DNA from: Candidatus Sericytochromatia bacterium
GTDB taxonomy: Bacteria; Cyanobacteriota; Sericytochromatia; S15B-MN24; JAQBPE01
Reading direction: 5' to 3'
Assembly (NCBI GenBank): GCA_035285125.1
Contig: JAYKHR010000038.1
Coordinates: 1-10,166 of the forward strand
DNA length: 10,166 bases
The translations under genes were made by a program, and so were the position numbers. Below the pieces are notes generated by a model. It had not been told where the DNA came from and did no database searches. It saw only the letters and a list, made by a program, of their open reading frames with translations. Shown here in pieces: positions 1 through 6,542 of this stretch. Within the stretch, counting starts at the first letter, position 1. The number at the start of each line of letters is the position of its first letter.

Positions 1-122
1 ACCGTCACGACGTCCCCGGCGCTGACGCGCAAGGCGGCCTCGGCCCAGCCACGAAGGCGCCGGGTGGCCTGCGCCGTGGCGTCGCCGAGCGGCTCGAACG
101 AGAAGAGGTTGGGGGTGGTCAT
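1..122 (-). CDS. Small hypothetical protein, N-terminal part only (runs off the window), divergent from the L33 operon
   Basis: ATG at 122-120 with AAGGA RBS at 136-132. The frame is open to the window edge: MTTPNLFSFEPLGDATAQATRRLRGWAEAALRVSAGDVVT, with GC-rich third positions. Not in the ORF track. Confidence 0.65.
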   Translation of the reverse strand, partial: MTTPNLFSFEPLGDATAQATRRLRGWAEAALRVSAGDVVT

Positions 123-136
123 CTGGCTTCGTCCTT

Positions 137-160
137 AATGCAATAATTTTGCAATAATTT
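137..160. promoter_or_regulatory. Fur/Zur-family operator, box 1
   Basis: Inverted repeat TGCAA-TAATT-TTGCA (139-153) inside a tandem 11-bp direct repeat TGCAATAATTT (139-149, 150-160). AT-rich island abutting the RBS of the leftward gene, next to zinc-starvation genes. Confidence 0.7.
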
Positions 161-251
161 AATCCAACACCATGCCGGTTCGGGTTGTCAAGCTTGCTTG
201 AGGAGCTTTTTTTTCTTGATCTGCTTGTGTTTTGGAAGATACGATCCTCGC

Positions 252-280
252 TTGACCCCTGCCCTTTATTGCAATAAAAA
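252..280 (+). promoter_or_regulatory. Putative sigma70-type promoter for the peptide-rpmG(-ZIP) unit
   Basis: TTGACC (252-257), 17-nt spacer, TAAAAA (275-280; lacks the final conserved T). The -10 overlaps operator box 2. Confidence 0.45.
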
Positions 281-286
281 TGCACT
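265..286. promoter_or_regulatory. Fur/Zur-family operator, box 2
   Basis: TGCAA-TAAAA-ATGCA (270-284), one mismatch from the box 1 palindrome. It overlaps the perfect 14-bp palindrome TTTATTGCAATAAA (265-278) and lies upstream of Cys-free L33 and a ZIP transporter. Confidence 0.65.
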
Positions 287-334
287 ATATGTCCGGCGTA
301 AGGGCGTCGGCCACACCCGGCCCGGAGGAACCCC

Positions 335-469
335 GTGAACCTGCTCCTGACCCTGCTCGCCGCCGCGGCGATCGCCCTCGCTGGCGCGCCCGCGCTGGCC
401 TGCGACGACCCCGACTGCCCCAGCCCCCCGCCGCCGAAGCCACCTGCCGCGCCTCGGACCGTTCGCTAG
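335..469 (+). CDS. Small secreted peptide, 44 aa (signal peptide + CDDPDC + proline-rich tail)
   Basis: GGAGGA RBS 324-329, GTG 335, TAG 467-469. Translation [44 protein letters not shown] has a hydrophobic core and an A-L-A cleavage motif. The stop abuts the rpmG RBS. Not in the ORF track. Confidence 0.75.
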   Translation: MNLLLTLLAAAAIALAGAPALACDDPDCPSPPPPKPPAAPRTVR

Positions 470-482
470 AGGAGGCGCCCTC

Positions 483-629
483 ATGCGCATCACCATCAAG
501 CTCAGAAGCACCGAGAGCGCTCACCAGCACGTGACGACCAAGAACAAGAAGAACGATCCCGAGCGGCTCGAGCTGAAGAAGTACGACCCCACCGTCCGGC
601 GCCACGTGCTGTACAGGGAGGCCAAGTGA
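483..629 (+). CDS. rpmG: 50S ribosomal protein L33 (bL33), cysteine-free zinc-independent form
   Basis: AGGAGG RBS 470-475. Translation [48 protein letters not shown] (48 aa) shows the L33 signature [24 protein letters not shown] and has no Cys. Confidence 0.96.
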   Translation: MRITIKLRSTESAHQHVTTKNKKNDPERLELKKYDPTVRRHVLYREAK

Positions 630-811
630 GCTTCGCTCGGGCTAGGTCTTTGCTCGTCCGGCGCCCCATGGGCGCAGCGGCGCTGCCTGGTTGCGCCTCC
701 CTCACGCTGCCGGGGGGCCTGGCCATCACCCAGCCCGGCTGACCGAACCTGTTACAGACATTTCGCCTTGCCCTGAATTCCGCCACCCCATCACCCCATC
801 AGGAGCCCCCC

Positions 812-1687
812 ATGGACGTCGTCACCTACAGCCTCGCCGCCGCCGCTGCCACCGCCGCCGGGGGCTACTGGGTCGCCACGCGCCCCCAGGCCTGGCTGAC
901 GGAGGACCGCCTCGCTACGCTCGTGGCGGCGGGGGCCGGGCTGCTGCTCGCCACGCTGGGGCTGGAGATGCTGCCCACTGCGAGCGAGGCCCTCGGCCAC
1001 CGCGCCTTTGTCTGGTTCCTGGTGGGCATCGGCGTCGTGCTCGTGCTCGAGCGGTACGCTGCCCCGTGGCTCGACGGCTGGTTCGCGCCCGCGGCGGCCT
1101 GTGAGGCGTCCGCCCACGCCGGTCACGCCCATCAGGGTGGCTGCGATGGCCACCACCACCACCATCACCACCCCGTGGCCGAGCCCATGGCGGGCCTCTC
1201 GGGCACCCTGGCGCACGCCCACGGGCACCATGCCCACGGGGTGATCAGCCACGGCACCGCCTGCACGGCCGTGGGGTGCCTGATCGTCTGCACCTTCTTC
1301 GATGGGCTGAGCCTGGCGGCGGGGTGGTCCACGAGCGCCCAGCTCGGCGCGCTGCTGGGGACGGGCCTGCTGCTGCACCTGCTGCCGGAAGGCCTCGTGG
1401 CGGCCAGCGTGTTGCTCGCGGCTGGGGCGAGCCGGGAGGCGGCTCGCCGGGCCGCTGCCGCCGTCGCGCTCGCCCTGCTGGCTGGGGTGGGGCTGGCTGC
1501 CGGGCTCGGCGGCGTGCTCGGGGGCTCCGCGGCGGTGCTGGCGCTGGCCTCGGGCGTGATCGCCTACGTGGTGCTCGGGCAGCTCGTGCCCGTGGCGCTG
1601 CGGGCGCCGGGGGGCCTCTGGCTGATGCTGGCCGTGGTGGTAGCCCTCGCGCTGGTGGAGCGGCAGTGGCCGCACGGCCACGGCTGA
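812..1687 (+). CDS. ZIP family (ZupT-like) divalent metal transporter with His-rich loop
   Basis: AGGAG RBS 801-805; about 8 hydrophobic segments; AAGAGLLLA...LEMLP in TM2; a loop with 16 His between TM3 and TM4; TM4 CTFFDG and TM5 HLLPEG motifs; SGVIAYV...LVP in TM7. Confidence 0.9.
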   Translation: MDVVTYSLAAAAATAAGGYWVATRPQAWLTEDRLATLVAAGAGLLLATLGLEMLPTASEALGHRAFVWFLVGIGVVLVLERYAAPWLDGWFAPAAACEASAHAGHAHQGGCDGHHHHHHHPVAEPMAGLSGTLAHAHGHHAHGVISHGTACTAVGCLIVCTFFDGLSLAAGWSTSAQLGALLGTGLLLHLLPEGLVAASVLLAAGASREAARRAAAAVALALLAGVGLAAGLGGVLGGSAAVLALASGVIAYVVLGQLVPVALRAPGGLWLMLAVVVALALVERQWPHGHG

Positions 1688-1911
1688 GGCCCGCCGGCGC
1701 CGGGGGGGGGGGGCTCGGTGTTAACCTGCAAGGGTTGCGTTAAGCAGGGGTGGTCGACGCCCTAGTGGTCGCCCGGGTGAATCGGGGGATGACGTCAATA
1801 TAAAGGTCTTGAGGTCCGTGAAGGCAAGCCGTGGCCCTTGGGTAAAGGTTTTCTATTGCAACTAGTATCATTAATGCCTGACGCCAGCCCCCTGCTCGAC
1901 CTGGAGGCCCC

Positions 1912-2424
1912 ATGACCCCCGACGCCCCCTCACTGCCTCCGATGCTGCTGCCCTGTGATGCCTGCGGCGGCGCCTTCCTGCTGCCTGGCGAGGAGGCCGC
2001 CCGGCATCTGGCTGCTGGCCACAGCCTTCCTCGTCGCTGCGAGGGCGCGCGCCAGGCACGCAAGGAGGGGGGCGTCGGGCGCTACGAGGCCTGTCCCTTC
2101 GGTGCCGCCACCGTTGCGGGGCCGCGGGGCGTGGCCGGCGCGGCCCCGCGGCCCCGGCCCAACCTCGTGGGCACCGGGGAGTGGGGGCGCGGCGTCATCA
2201 CCCGCATCAGCCGCGATCGCGGCTTTGGCTCCATCGCTGGGGAGGACGGGCGAAGCTTCTTCTTCCACGCCCGCGAGGTGGCCCCGCCCGGCCTCAAGGC
2301 CCTGCGCGTGGGCCAGGCCGTGCACTTCGAGGAGGCGGCGGGCGACGACAGGCCCAGGGCCCTCGGCGTCGCCCCCTGCGAGGACCAGGCGGCGCTGCGC
2401 TCCTCCCCGGCCAGCGCGAGCTGA
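1912..2424 (+). CDS. Zinc-ribbon (zf-trcl-like) plus cold-shock/OB-fold domain protein
   Basis: GGAGG RBS 1903-1907. N-terminal CDACGGAF...GE....PRRCEGAR. C-terminal G.ITRISRDRGFGSI.GEDGRSFFFH..EV...GLKALRVGQAVHFE, giving RNP1/RNP2-like cold-shock motifs. Confidence 0.8.
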   Translation: MTPDAPSLPPMLLPCDACGGAFLLPGEEAARHLAAGHSLPRRCEGARQARKEGGVGRYEACPFGAATVAGPRGVAGAAPRPRPNLVGTGEWGRGVITRISRDRGFGSIAGEDGRSFFFHAREVAPPGLKALRVGQAVHFEEAAGDDRPRALGVAPCEDQAALRSSPASAS

Positions 2425-2437
2425 GCCCGCCGACGCC

Positions 2438-3670
2438 TCACCCCTCCCGCAGCCGCCCGCCCCACGCCGCGGCCCCCGCGAGGGCCGCGAAGACGCCCAG
2501 GCCCGCCAGCACCGCCGGCAGCCCGAAGGCCTCCACCGCGTGGCCGGACCCGGCCAGCGGCACGATCGCCATGGCGTTGAGCAGGGTGGTCTGCACGCCG
2601 AAGACCTTGCCGCGCACGCCGTCTGCCACGCGCTCCTGCAGGCGCGTCTGCAGCGGCACGCCGACGATCGCCCCGCCGGCGCCGAGGGCGGCCGCGAGCG
2701 TGAAGGCCGCGCCCGCGTGGCCCGGGCCGACTGCCGCGAGGCCCACGAGCGCGGCGCCGCAGCCGACGAAGCCCCCCGCGATCGCCGCATCCGCGCCCCA
2801 GCGCGCGCCCCAGCGCCCGACGACCCAGGCGCCCAGCCCCAGCCCCAGCCCGGCGGCGGCCATCAGCCAGGTGTAGGGCACGTCGAGCCCGGTGCGGGCG
2901 AGCACGATGGCGAGCACGCTGGCGGCCGCGAAGGTGCAGACGATCGCGACCTGGCAGGCCATGGTGCGCCGCAGCCCGCCGCGCCGGCGGATGTAGGCGA
3001 GCCCCTCGCGCAGCTGAACGAGGTACGGCTCATCCAGGGACGCCGTCACGGCCGGCTCCGTGTAGGTGACGCGGCGCAGGCACAGCGCCGCGAGCCCGAA
3101 GGCCGCCGCCACGCCGACAGCGGCGAGGCCTGGCCCCACGGCCTGCACGAGTGGCTCGCCGACCAGCAGCCCCGCCACGAGCGCGCCGACCGTCGAGAGC
3201 GAGGAAACGGCGTTCGCCGCGAGCAGCTGCAGCCGGGGCACGACCAGCGGCACGGCCGCGGCCTCGGCTGGCACGAAGGGCTGCCCCGCCACGGCCACCA
3301 GGGTGGCGAGCCCCACGGCCACGGCGAGGTGGGAGGGGCCGAGCAGGCCCAGCGCCACGACCAGCCCGGCGCGGGCGACCACGCTCAGCACCATGGCCCG
3401 GCGCGCGTCCAGCCGGTCCGCCCAGGCGCCGGCCAGGGCGCCGAGAAGCACCGTGGGGGCCGAGGTCACGGCGATCGCGACGCCGAGCGTGCCGGGCGAG
3501 GGGTCATGGCGCGTCACGAGGGCCACGAGCAGCACGAAGGCCATCCGGTCGGCCAGCTGCGAGGCGACCTGGCCGCCCCAGAGGGCCAGGAAGGCGGGGT
3601 TGGTGAGAAGGGGGCCGGGTGGCTCCGCCGCCGGGGCCTGGCTCGGGTCGGGGCTGGGCGGGGGCCTCAC
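2438..3670 (-). CDS. MFS transporter (DHA3/MFS_3-like), about 410 aa
   Basis: C-terminal part of the 567-aa track ORF. The likely start is GTG 3670, overlapping the PilZ stop (GTGA). Motifs NPAFLALWGGQVASQLAD, motif A (AGAWADRLDARRAM) and QTRLQERVADGVRGKVFG; about 12 TM segments. Confidence 0.88.
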   Translation of the reverse strand: MRPPPSPDPSQAPAAEPPGPLLTNPAFLALWGGQVASQLADRMAFVLLVALVTRHDPSPGTLGVAIAVTSAPTVLLGALAGAWADRLDARRAMVLSVVARAGLVVALGLLGPSHLAVAVGLATLVAVAGQPFVPAEAAAVPLVVPRLQLLAANAVSSLSTVGALVAGLLVGEPLVQAVGPGLAAVGVAAAFGLAALCLRRVTYTEPAVTASLDEPYLVQLREGLAYIRRRGGLRRTMACQVAIVCTFAAASVLAIVLARTGLDVPYTWLMAAAGLGLGLGAWVVGRWGARWGADAAIAGGFVGCGAALVGLAAVGPGHAGAAFTLAAALGAGGAIVGVPLQTRLQERVADGVRGKVFGVQTTLLNAMAIVPLAGSGHAVEAFGLPAVLAGLGVFAALAGAAAWGGRLREG

Positions 3671-4317
3671 ACCGTGATGTCCTGCCCCTTCTGGAGGTGG
3701 ACCCTGATCTCCTCGCTGATGGCCCGCGCGAACTCGTCTTGCAGGCCGGCCGGGATGCCCTCGAAGTTGATGCCGATGGCGTGGCGCCCGTCCTTGCGCC
3801 GCGTGCGGTAGATCACGCGGGCGAGCAGCGACACGGACATCAGCCCCGGGAAGGCCAGCATCATCATCATGTACTCGGGCACTTCCTCCTGCTCGGGGAT
3901 GGCCAGGCAGCCGCTGGCGCTGATGTTGTCGAGCGTCAGGCCGAAGGGCCGCCCGGTGGTCTCGCCCATCGGGTTGCAGGCGAAGGCGTAGAGCGTCTCG
4001 GCGAAGCGGATGCGCACGAAGCGCCGCCGCTGCAGCTTTTCTGCCTTGGCCGCGTTCGGCAGGCCGAGGAACCAGCACGGGCCGTAGTAGGCCTTCAGGG
4101 GCACCTGCACCCGGTAGTACCAGCTCTTGTGGCCGAAGCACAGCCGCAGGTCGTCCGGCGGCACGACCACCTGGGCATCCCGGAGGCGCACGACCACCTC
4201 GTCGTCGAGGACGTCGAGCACGCGCGCCGACTGCACCCGCGTCACGCCGGGGAGCAGCAGGTCGACCGGCTGGTCGTGCTGGAAGGCGAAGGCCTGAAGG
4301 TGGGTCGGGTCGATCAC
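3667..4317 (-). CDS. PilZ-domain c-di-GMP-binding protein (YcgR/flagellar-brake-like architecture)
   Basis: QRRRFVR (RxxxR) and DNISASG (D/NxSxxG) motifs, C-terminal IGINF, and an N-terminal ~95-aa beta-rich domain. GTG start. Confidence 0.88.
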   Translation of the reverse strand: MIDPTHLQAFAFQHDQPVDLLLPGVTRVQSARVLDVLDDEVVVRLRDAQVVVPPDDLRLCFGHKSWYYRVQVPLKAYYGPCWFLGLPNAAKAEKLQRRRFVRIRFAETLYAFACNPMGETTGRPFGLTLDNISASGCLAIPEQEEVPEYMMMMLAFPGLMSVSLLARVIYRTRRKDGRHAIGINFEGIPAGLQDEFARAISEEIRVHLQKGQDITV

Positions 4318-4371
4318 GGCGCGAGGGACCGGCGGGTCGCCCTGTCGTCGAGGGCGTGGGACTCCACCGGC

Positions 4372-4377
4372 ATTTTA
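4372..4377 (-). promoter_or_regulatory. Putative -10 element (TAAAAT) for the PilZ-MFS unit
   Basis: AT-rich hexamer 54 nt upstream of the PilZ start, in a GC-rich gap. No clear -35. Confidence 0.4.
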
Positions 4378-4400
4378 CCCGGCCTTATCCCCGGACTCCC

Positions 4401-4910
4401 TCAGGGACGCCGCCGCACCGGGGCTGGGGCCAGCCGGCGCACCGGGGAAACGGCGAGAAAACCACGCAGGATGCGTCGCTTCAGCTCTGCTGCCGTGTCG
4501 AGATCCAGCGGATCAGCAGGCAGCTCCCACCACGGCCTCGCGGCCTCCACCTCGTCCTCCCCCGCCCGGGGCACCAGCTCCCAGACCAGGTGGCCGTCTG
4601 ACCCGCCGTCCGCGGGGCTGGCCATGTTGAGCCGCAAGGGGGCCAGCGCCGCGCGCACGGCCCGCACCACCAGGTCGAGGTCGCGCCACAGCGCCTCGCG
4701 CTCGGCGTCCGAGAGCGCGAGCACGTCCGGGACGTGGTGCTTGGCGACCAGCTGCAGCCGGCCCGCCGGGGCGCTGGCCCCGTGCAGCACCAGCACCCCC
4801 GAGGCCAGCTCGGCCACGAACAGGGGGTGGGGCTCGTCGCGGCAGGCGCGCAAGAGCGCACAGGCCGGGCAGTCGGCAGGCAGGGACGCGGGGGACGAAG
4901 CGGTGGCCAT
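4401..4910 (-). CDS. HIT-family fold protein with degenerate histidine triad
   Basis: ATG at 4910 (169 aa). CPAC, LFVAELASG, GRLQLVAKHHV..V.ALS..ER, LRLNMA, and HLVWELVPR where HIT proteins have HxHxHxxPR. Confidence 0.78.
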   Translation of the reverse strand: MATASSPASLPADCPACALLRACRDEPHPLFVAELASGVLVLHGASAPAGRLQLVAKHHVPDVLALSDAEREALWRDLDLVVRAVRAALAPLRLNMASPADGGSDGHLVWELVPRAGEDEVEAARPWWELPADPLDLDTAAELKRRILRGFLAVSPVRRLAPAPVRRRP

Positions 4911-4922
4911 GGCGGTGGCCCC

Positions 4923-4928
4923 ATCATA
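4923..4928 (-). promoter_or_regulatory. Putative -10 element (TATGAT) for the HIT-like gene
   Basis: TATGAT lies 12 nt upstream of ATG 4910, with no clear SD between. Confidence 0.45.
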
Positions 4929-5036
4929 CCCGGCCGGGCCAGGGCCCGGGGGGCCGCTCGCCGCTCGGGCCCCCAGGCCGTTCGGCGCTCCCGAGGCGGA
5001 GACCGCTCGCCACTCGGGGAGCACCCGGCGGCGGGC

Positions 5037-5042
5037 TATGCT
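5037..5042 (+). promoter_or_regulatory. Putative -10 element (TATGCT) of a leaderless transcript
   Basis: TATGCT, then 6 nt, then ATG 5049. No SD. Confidence 0.5.
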
Positions 5043-5048
5043 GGCGGC

Positions 5049-5552
5049 ATGAGACGCCACCGAACACCGCGCTGGCTCGGCGTGAGCCTCTCCCTGCTCG
5101 CCCTGATGGGGGGCTGCGGCGCCGCGGGGGTCCTGTCGCCCGCCGGGGCCCCCTGCGCCGCCCCCGTGGCCACGCGGGAGCTCGGCGACGGCATCCTCAG
5201 CGGCTTGTCGGAGGAGCGCATCGAGCTCGTGCGGGACGCGGCCGCCTGGGAGGCCCTCTGGCGCCAGCACGCGCCGGAGGTGCCCCCGCCGAGCGTGGAC
5301 TTCGCGAGCGAGCAGGCCCTGGTGGTCGTCCGGCAGCACCCGACGGGGGGGTACGCGCTCGGCGTCGCGGGGGTTTGTCGGGAGGGGGGAGGCCTGACGG
5401 TCCACGTCGTGGAGCACGTCCCGGGCCCCGACGAGGCCACCGTCCAGATCCTCACCCAGCCCTGGCTGTTCCTGGCCCTGCCGCGGGGGCTGGGGCGCGT
5501 CACGGTGCGCCTCAGCACCCGGGTGGGGCCCCTCCCCGCAGCCGCCCCCTGA
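5049..5552 (+). CDS. PrcB C-terminal domain (protease complex subunit PrcB family) lipoprotein
   Basis: Start at ATG 5049. Basic N-region, hydrophobic stretch and LMGGC lipobox-like site. W..LW..H....PPPSVDF, PTGGYALGV..V, V..PGPD..TVQILTQPW match the PrcB_C pattern. Confidence 0.8.
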   Translation: MRRHRTPRWLGVSLSLLALMGGCGAAGVLSPAGAPCAAPVATRELGDGILSGLSEERIELVRDAAAWEALWRQHAPEVPPPSVDFASEQALVVVRQHPTGGYALGVAGVCREGGGLTVHVVEHVPGPDEATVQILTQPWLFLALPRGLGRVTVRLSTRVGPLPAAAP

Positions 5553-5595
5553 ACGCCCCGAGCGGGCGTGGCCGCGCCGCTTTCGCTTGCCTCCG

Positions 5596-5604
5596 TGCTA
5601 CACT
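5596..5604 (+). promoter_or_regulatory. Extended -10 promoter (TGcTACACT) for proline dehydrogenase
   Basis: TGn + TACACT (5599-5604), followed by a GGAGGG RBS at 5612-5617. Confidence 0.5.
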
Positions 5605-5624
5605 AAGCCACGGAGGGCGTGCCG

Positions 5625-6542
5625 ATGGGCCTGATGCGCAAGACGTTCCTGACGCTCGCGGAAAACAACGCGATGTACAAGCTGATCGTCGGCAACGACG
5701 TGACGCGGGCGATGACGCGCCGCTTCGTGGCGGGTGAGCGCCTCGACGAGGCCATCGGCGCGCTGCGAGAGCTCAATGCGCTGGGCATCCACGGCTCGCT
5801 CGACCTGCTCGGCGAGAACGTCCACACCGAGGCCGAGGCCCGGGCCGCGGGCCGCGAGTACGAGGCCATCGTCGACCGCATCGCGGCCGAGGGCGTCGAC
5901 GCCAACGCCAGCCTGAAGCTCACGCAGATGGGGCTCGACCTCTCCGAGGACCTTTGCTACGAGGTCACGGCGGGCGTCATCCGCCGGGCCCAGGCCCACG
6001 GCAACTTCGTGCGGCTCGACATGGAGGGCAGCGCCTACACCGCTCGCACGATCGCCATGTTCGAGCGCCTCCACGCCGAGTTCGGCAAGCACGTCGGCAT
6101 CGTGCTGCAGGCCTACTTGCGCCGCACGGCCGAGGACGTCGAGCACATGATCCGGCTCGGGGCGCGCGTGCGGCTCTGCAAGGGCGCCTACCTCGAGCCG
6201 CCCGAGGTGGCCTTCCCCGACAAGGCCGACGTCGACCGCAGCTACGTCGCCTGCATGAAGCGCCTGATGGAGGCCGGCTACTACCCCGGCCTCGCGACCC
6301 ACGACGAGGCCATCCTCACGGAGGCCAAGGCCTATGCCGCCGAGCGCGGCATCGCGAGCGACCGCTACGAGTTCCAGATGCTCTACGGCATCCGCCGCGA
6401 CCTGCAGGAGGCCCTCGTGAAGGAGGGCTTCCGCATGCGCACCTACGTGCCCTTCGGCACGCAGTGGTACCCGTACTTCATGCGCCGGCTCGCGGAGCGC
6501 CCAGCGAACGTGTGGTTCATTTTGCACAACGCCATGAAGTGA
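5625..6542 (+). CDS. Monofunctional proline dehydrogenase
   Basis: RRFVAGE, SLDLLGE, SLKLTQMG, VRLDME, GIVLQAYLRRT, VRLCKGAY.EP, ATHD, EFQMLYGIR, YVPFG..WYPYFMRRLAERPAN. ATG 5625 is 7 nt after the RBS; GTG 5619 is an alternative start. Confidence 0.96.
   Translation: MGLMRKTFLTLAENNAMYKLIVGNDVTRAMTRRFVAGERLDEAIGALRELNALGIHGSLDLLGENVHTEAEARAAGREYEAIVDRIAAEGVDANASLKLTQMGLDLSEDLCYEVTAGVIRRAQAHGNFVRLDMEGSAYTARTIAMFERLHAEFGKHVGIVLQAYLRRTAEDVEHMIRLGARVRLCKGAYLEPPEVAFPDKADVDRSYVACMKRLMEAGYYPGLATHDEAILTEAKAYAAERGIASDRYEFQMLYGIRRDLQEALVKEGFRMRTYVPFGTQWYPYFMRRLAERPANVWFILHNAMK

Noticed and set aside
186..214. Weak hairpin plus T8 as a + strand terminator; perfect TTGACA on the - strand (191-186)
   Set aside because: The stem is weak and there is no + strand gene to terminate, so the tract is more likely an UP-like element. 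TTGACA has no good -10 at 16-18 nt spacing, so no promoter was called.
266..786. Track ORFs 266-511(-), 280-534(+), 285-605(-) and 502-786(-)
   Set aside because: They overlap the better supported 335-469 and rpmG frames and have Arg/Pro/Gly-rich shadow composition.
630..811. Possible riboswitch between rpmG and the ZIP gene
   Set aside because: Only short GC hairpins are present (e.g. 661-675), with no recognisable aptamer consensus or expression platform.
1151..1171. CAC trinucleotide repeat
   Set aside because: Explained by the His7 run in the ZIP loop.
1955..5052. Long + strand ORFs 1955-3811 and 3619-5052, and the N-terminal 157 aa of 2438-4141(-)
   Set aside because: These are antisense or out-of-frame shadows of the MFS, PilZ and HIT genes, which are common in high-GC DNA and carry no motifs.
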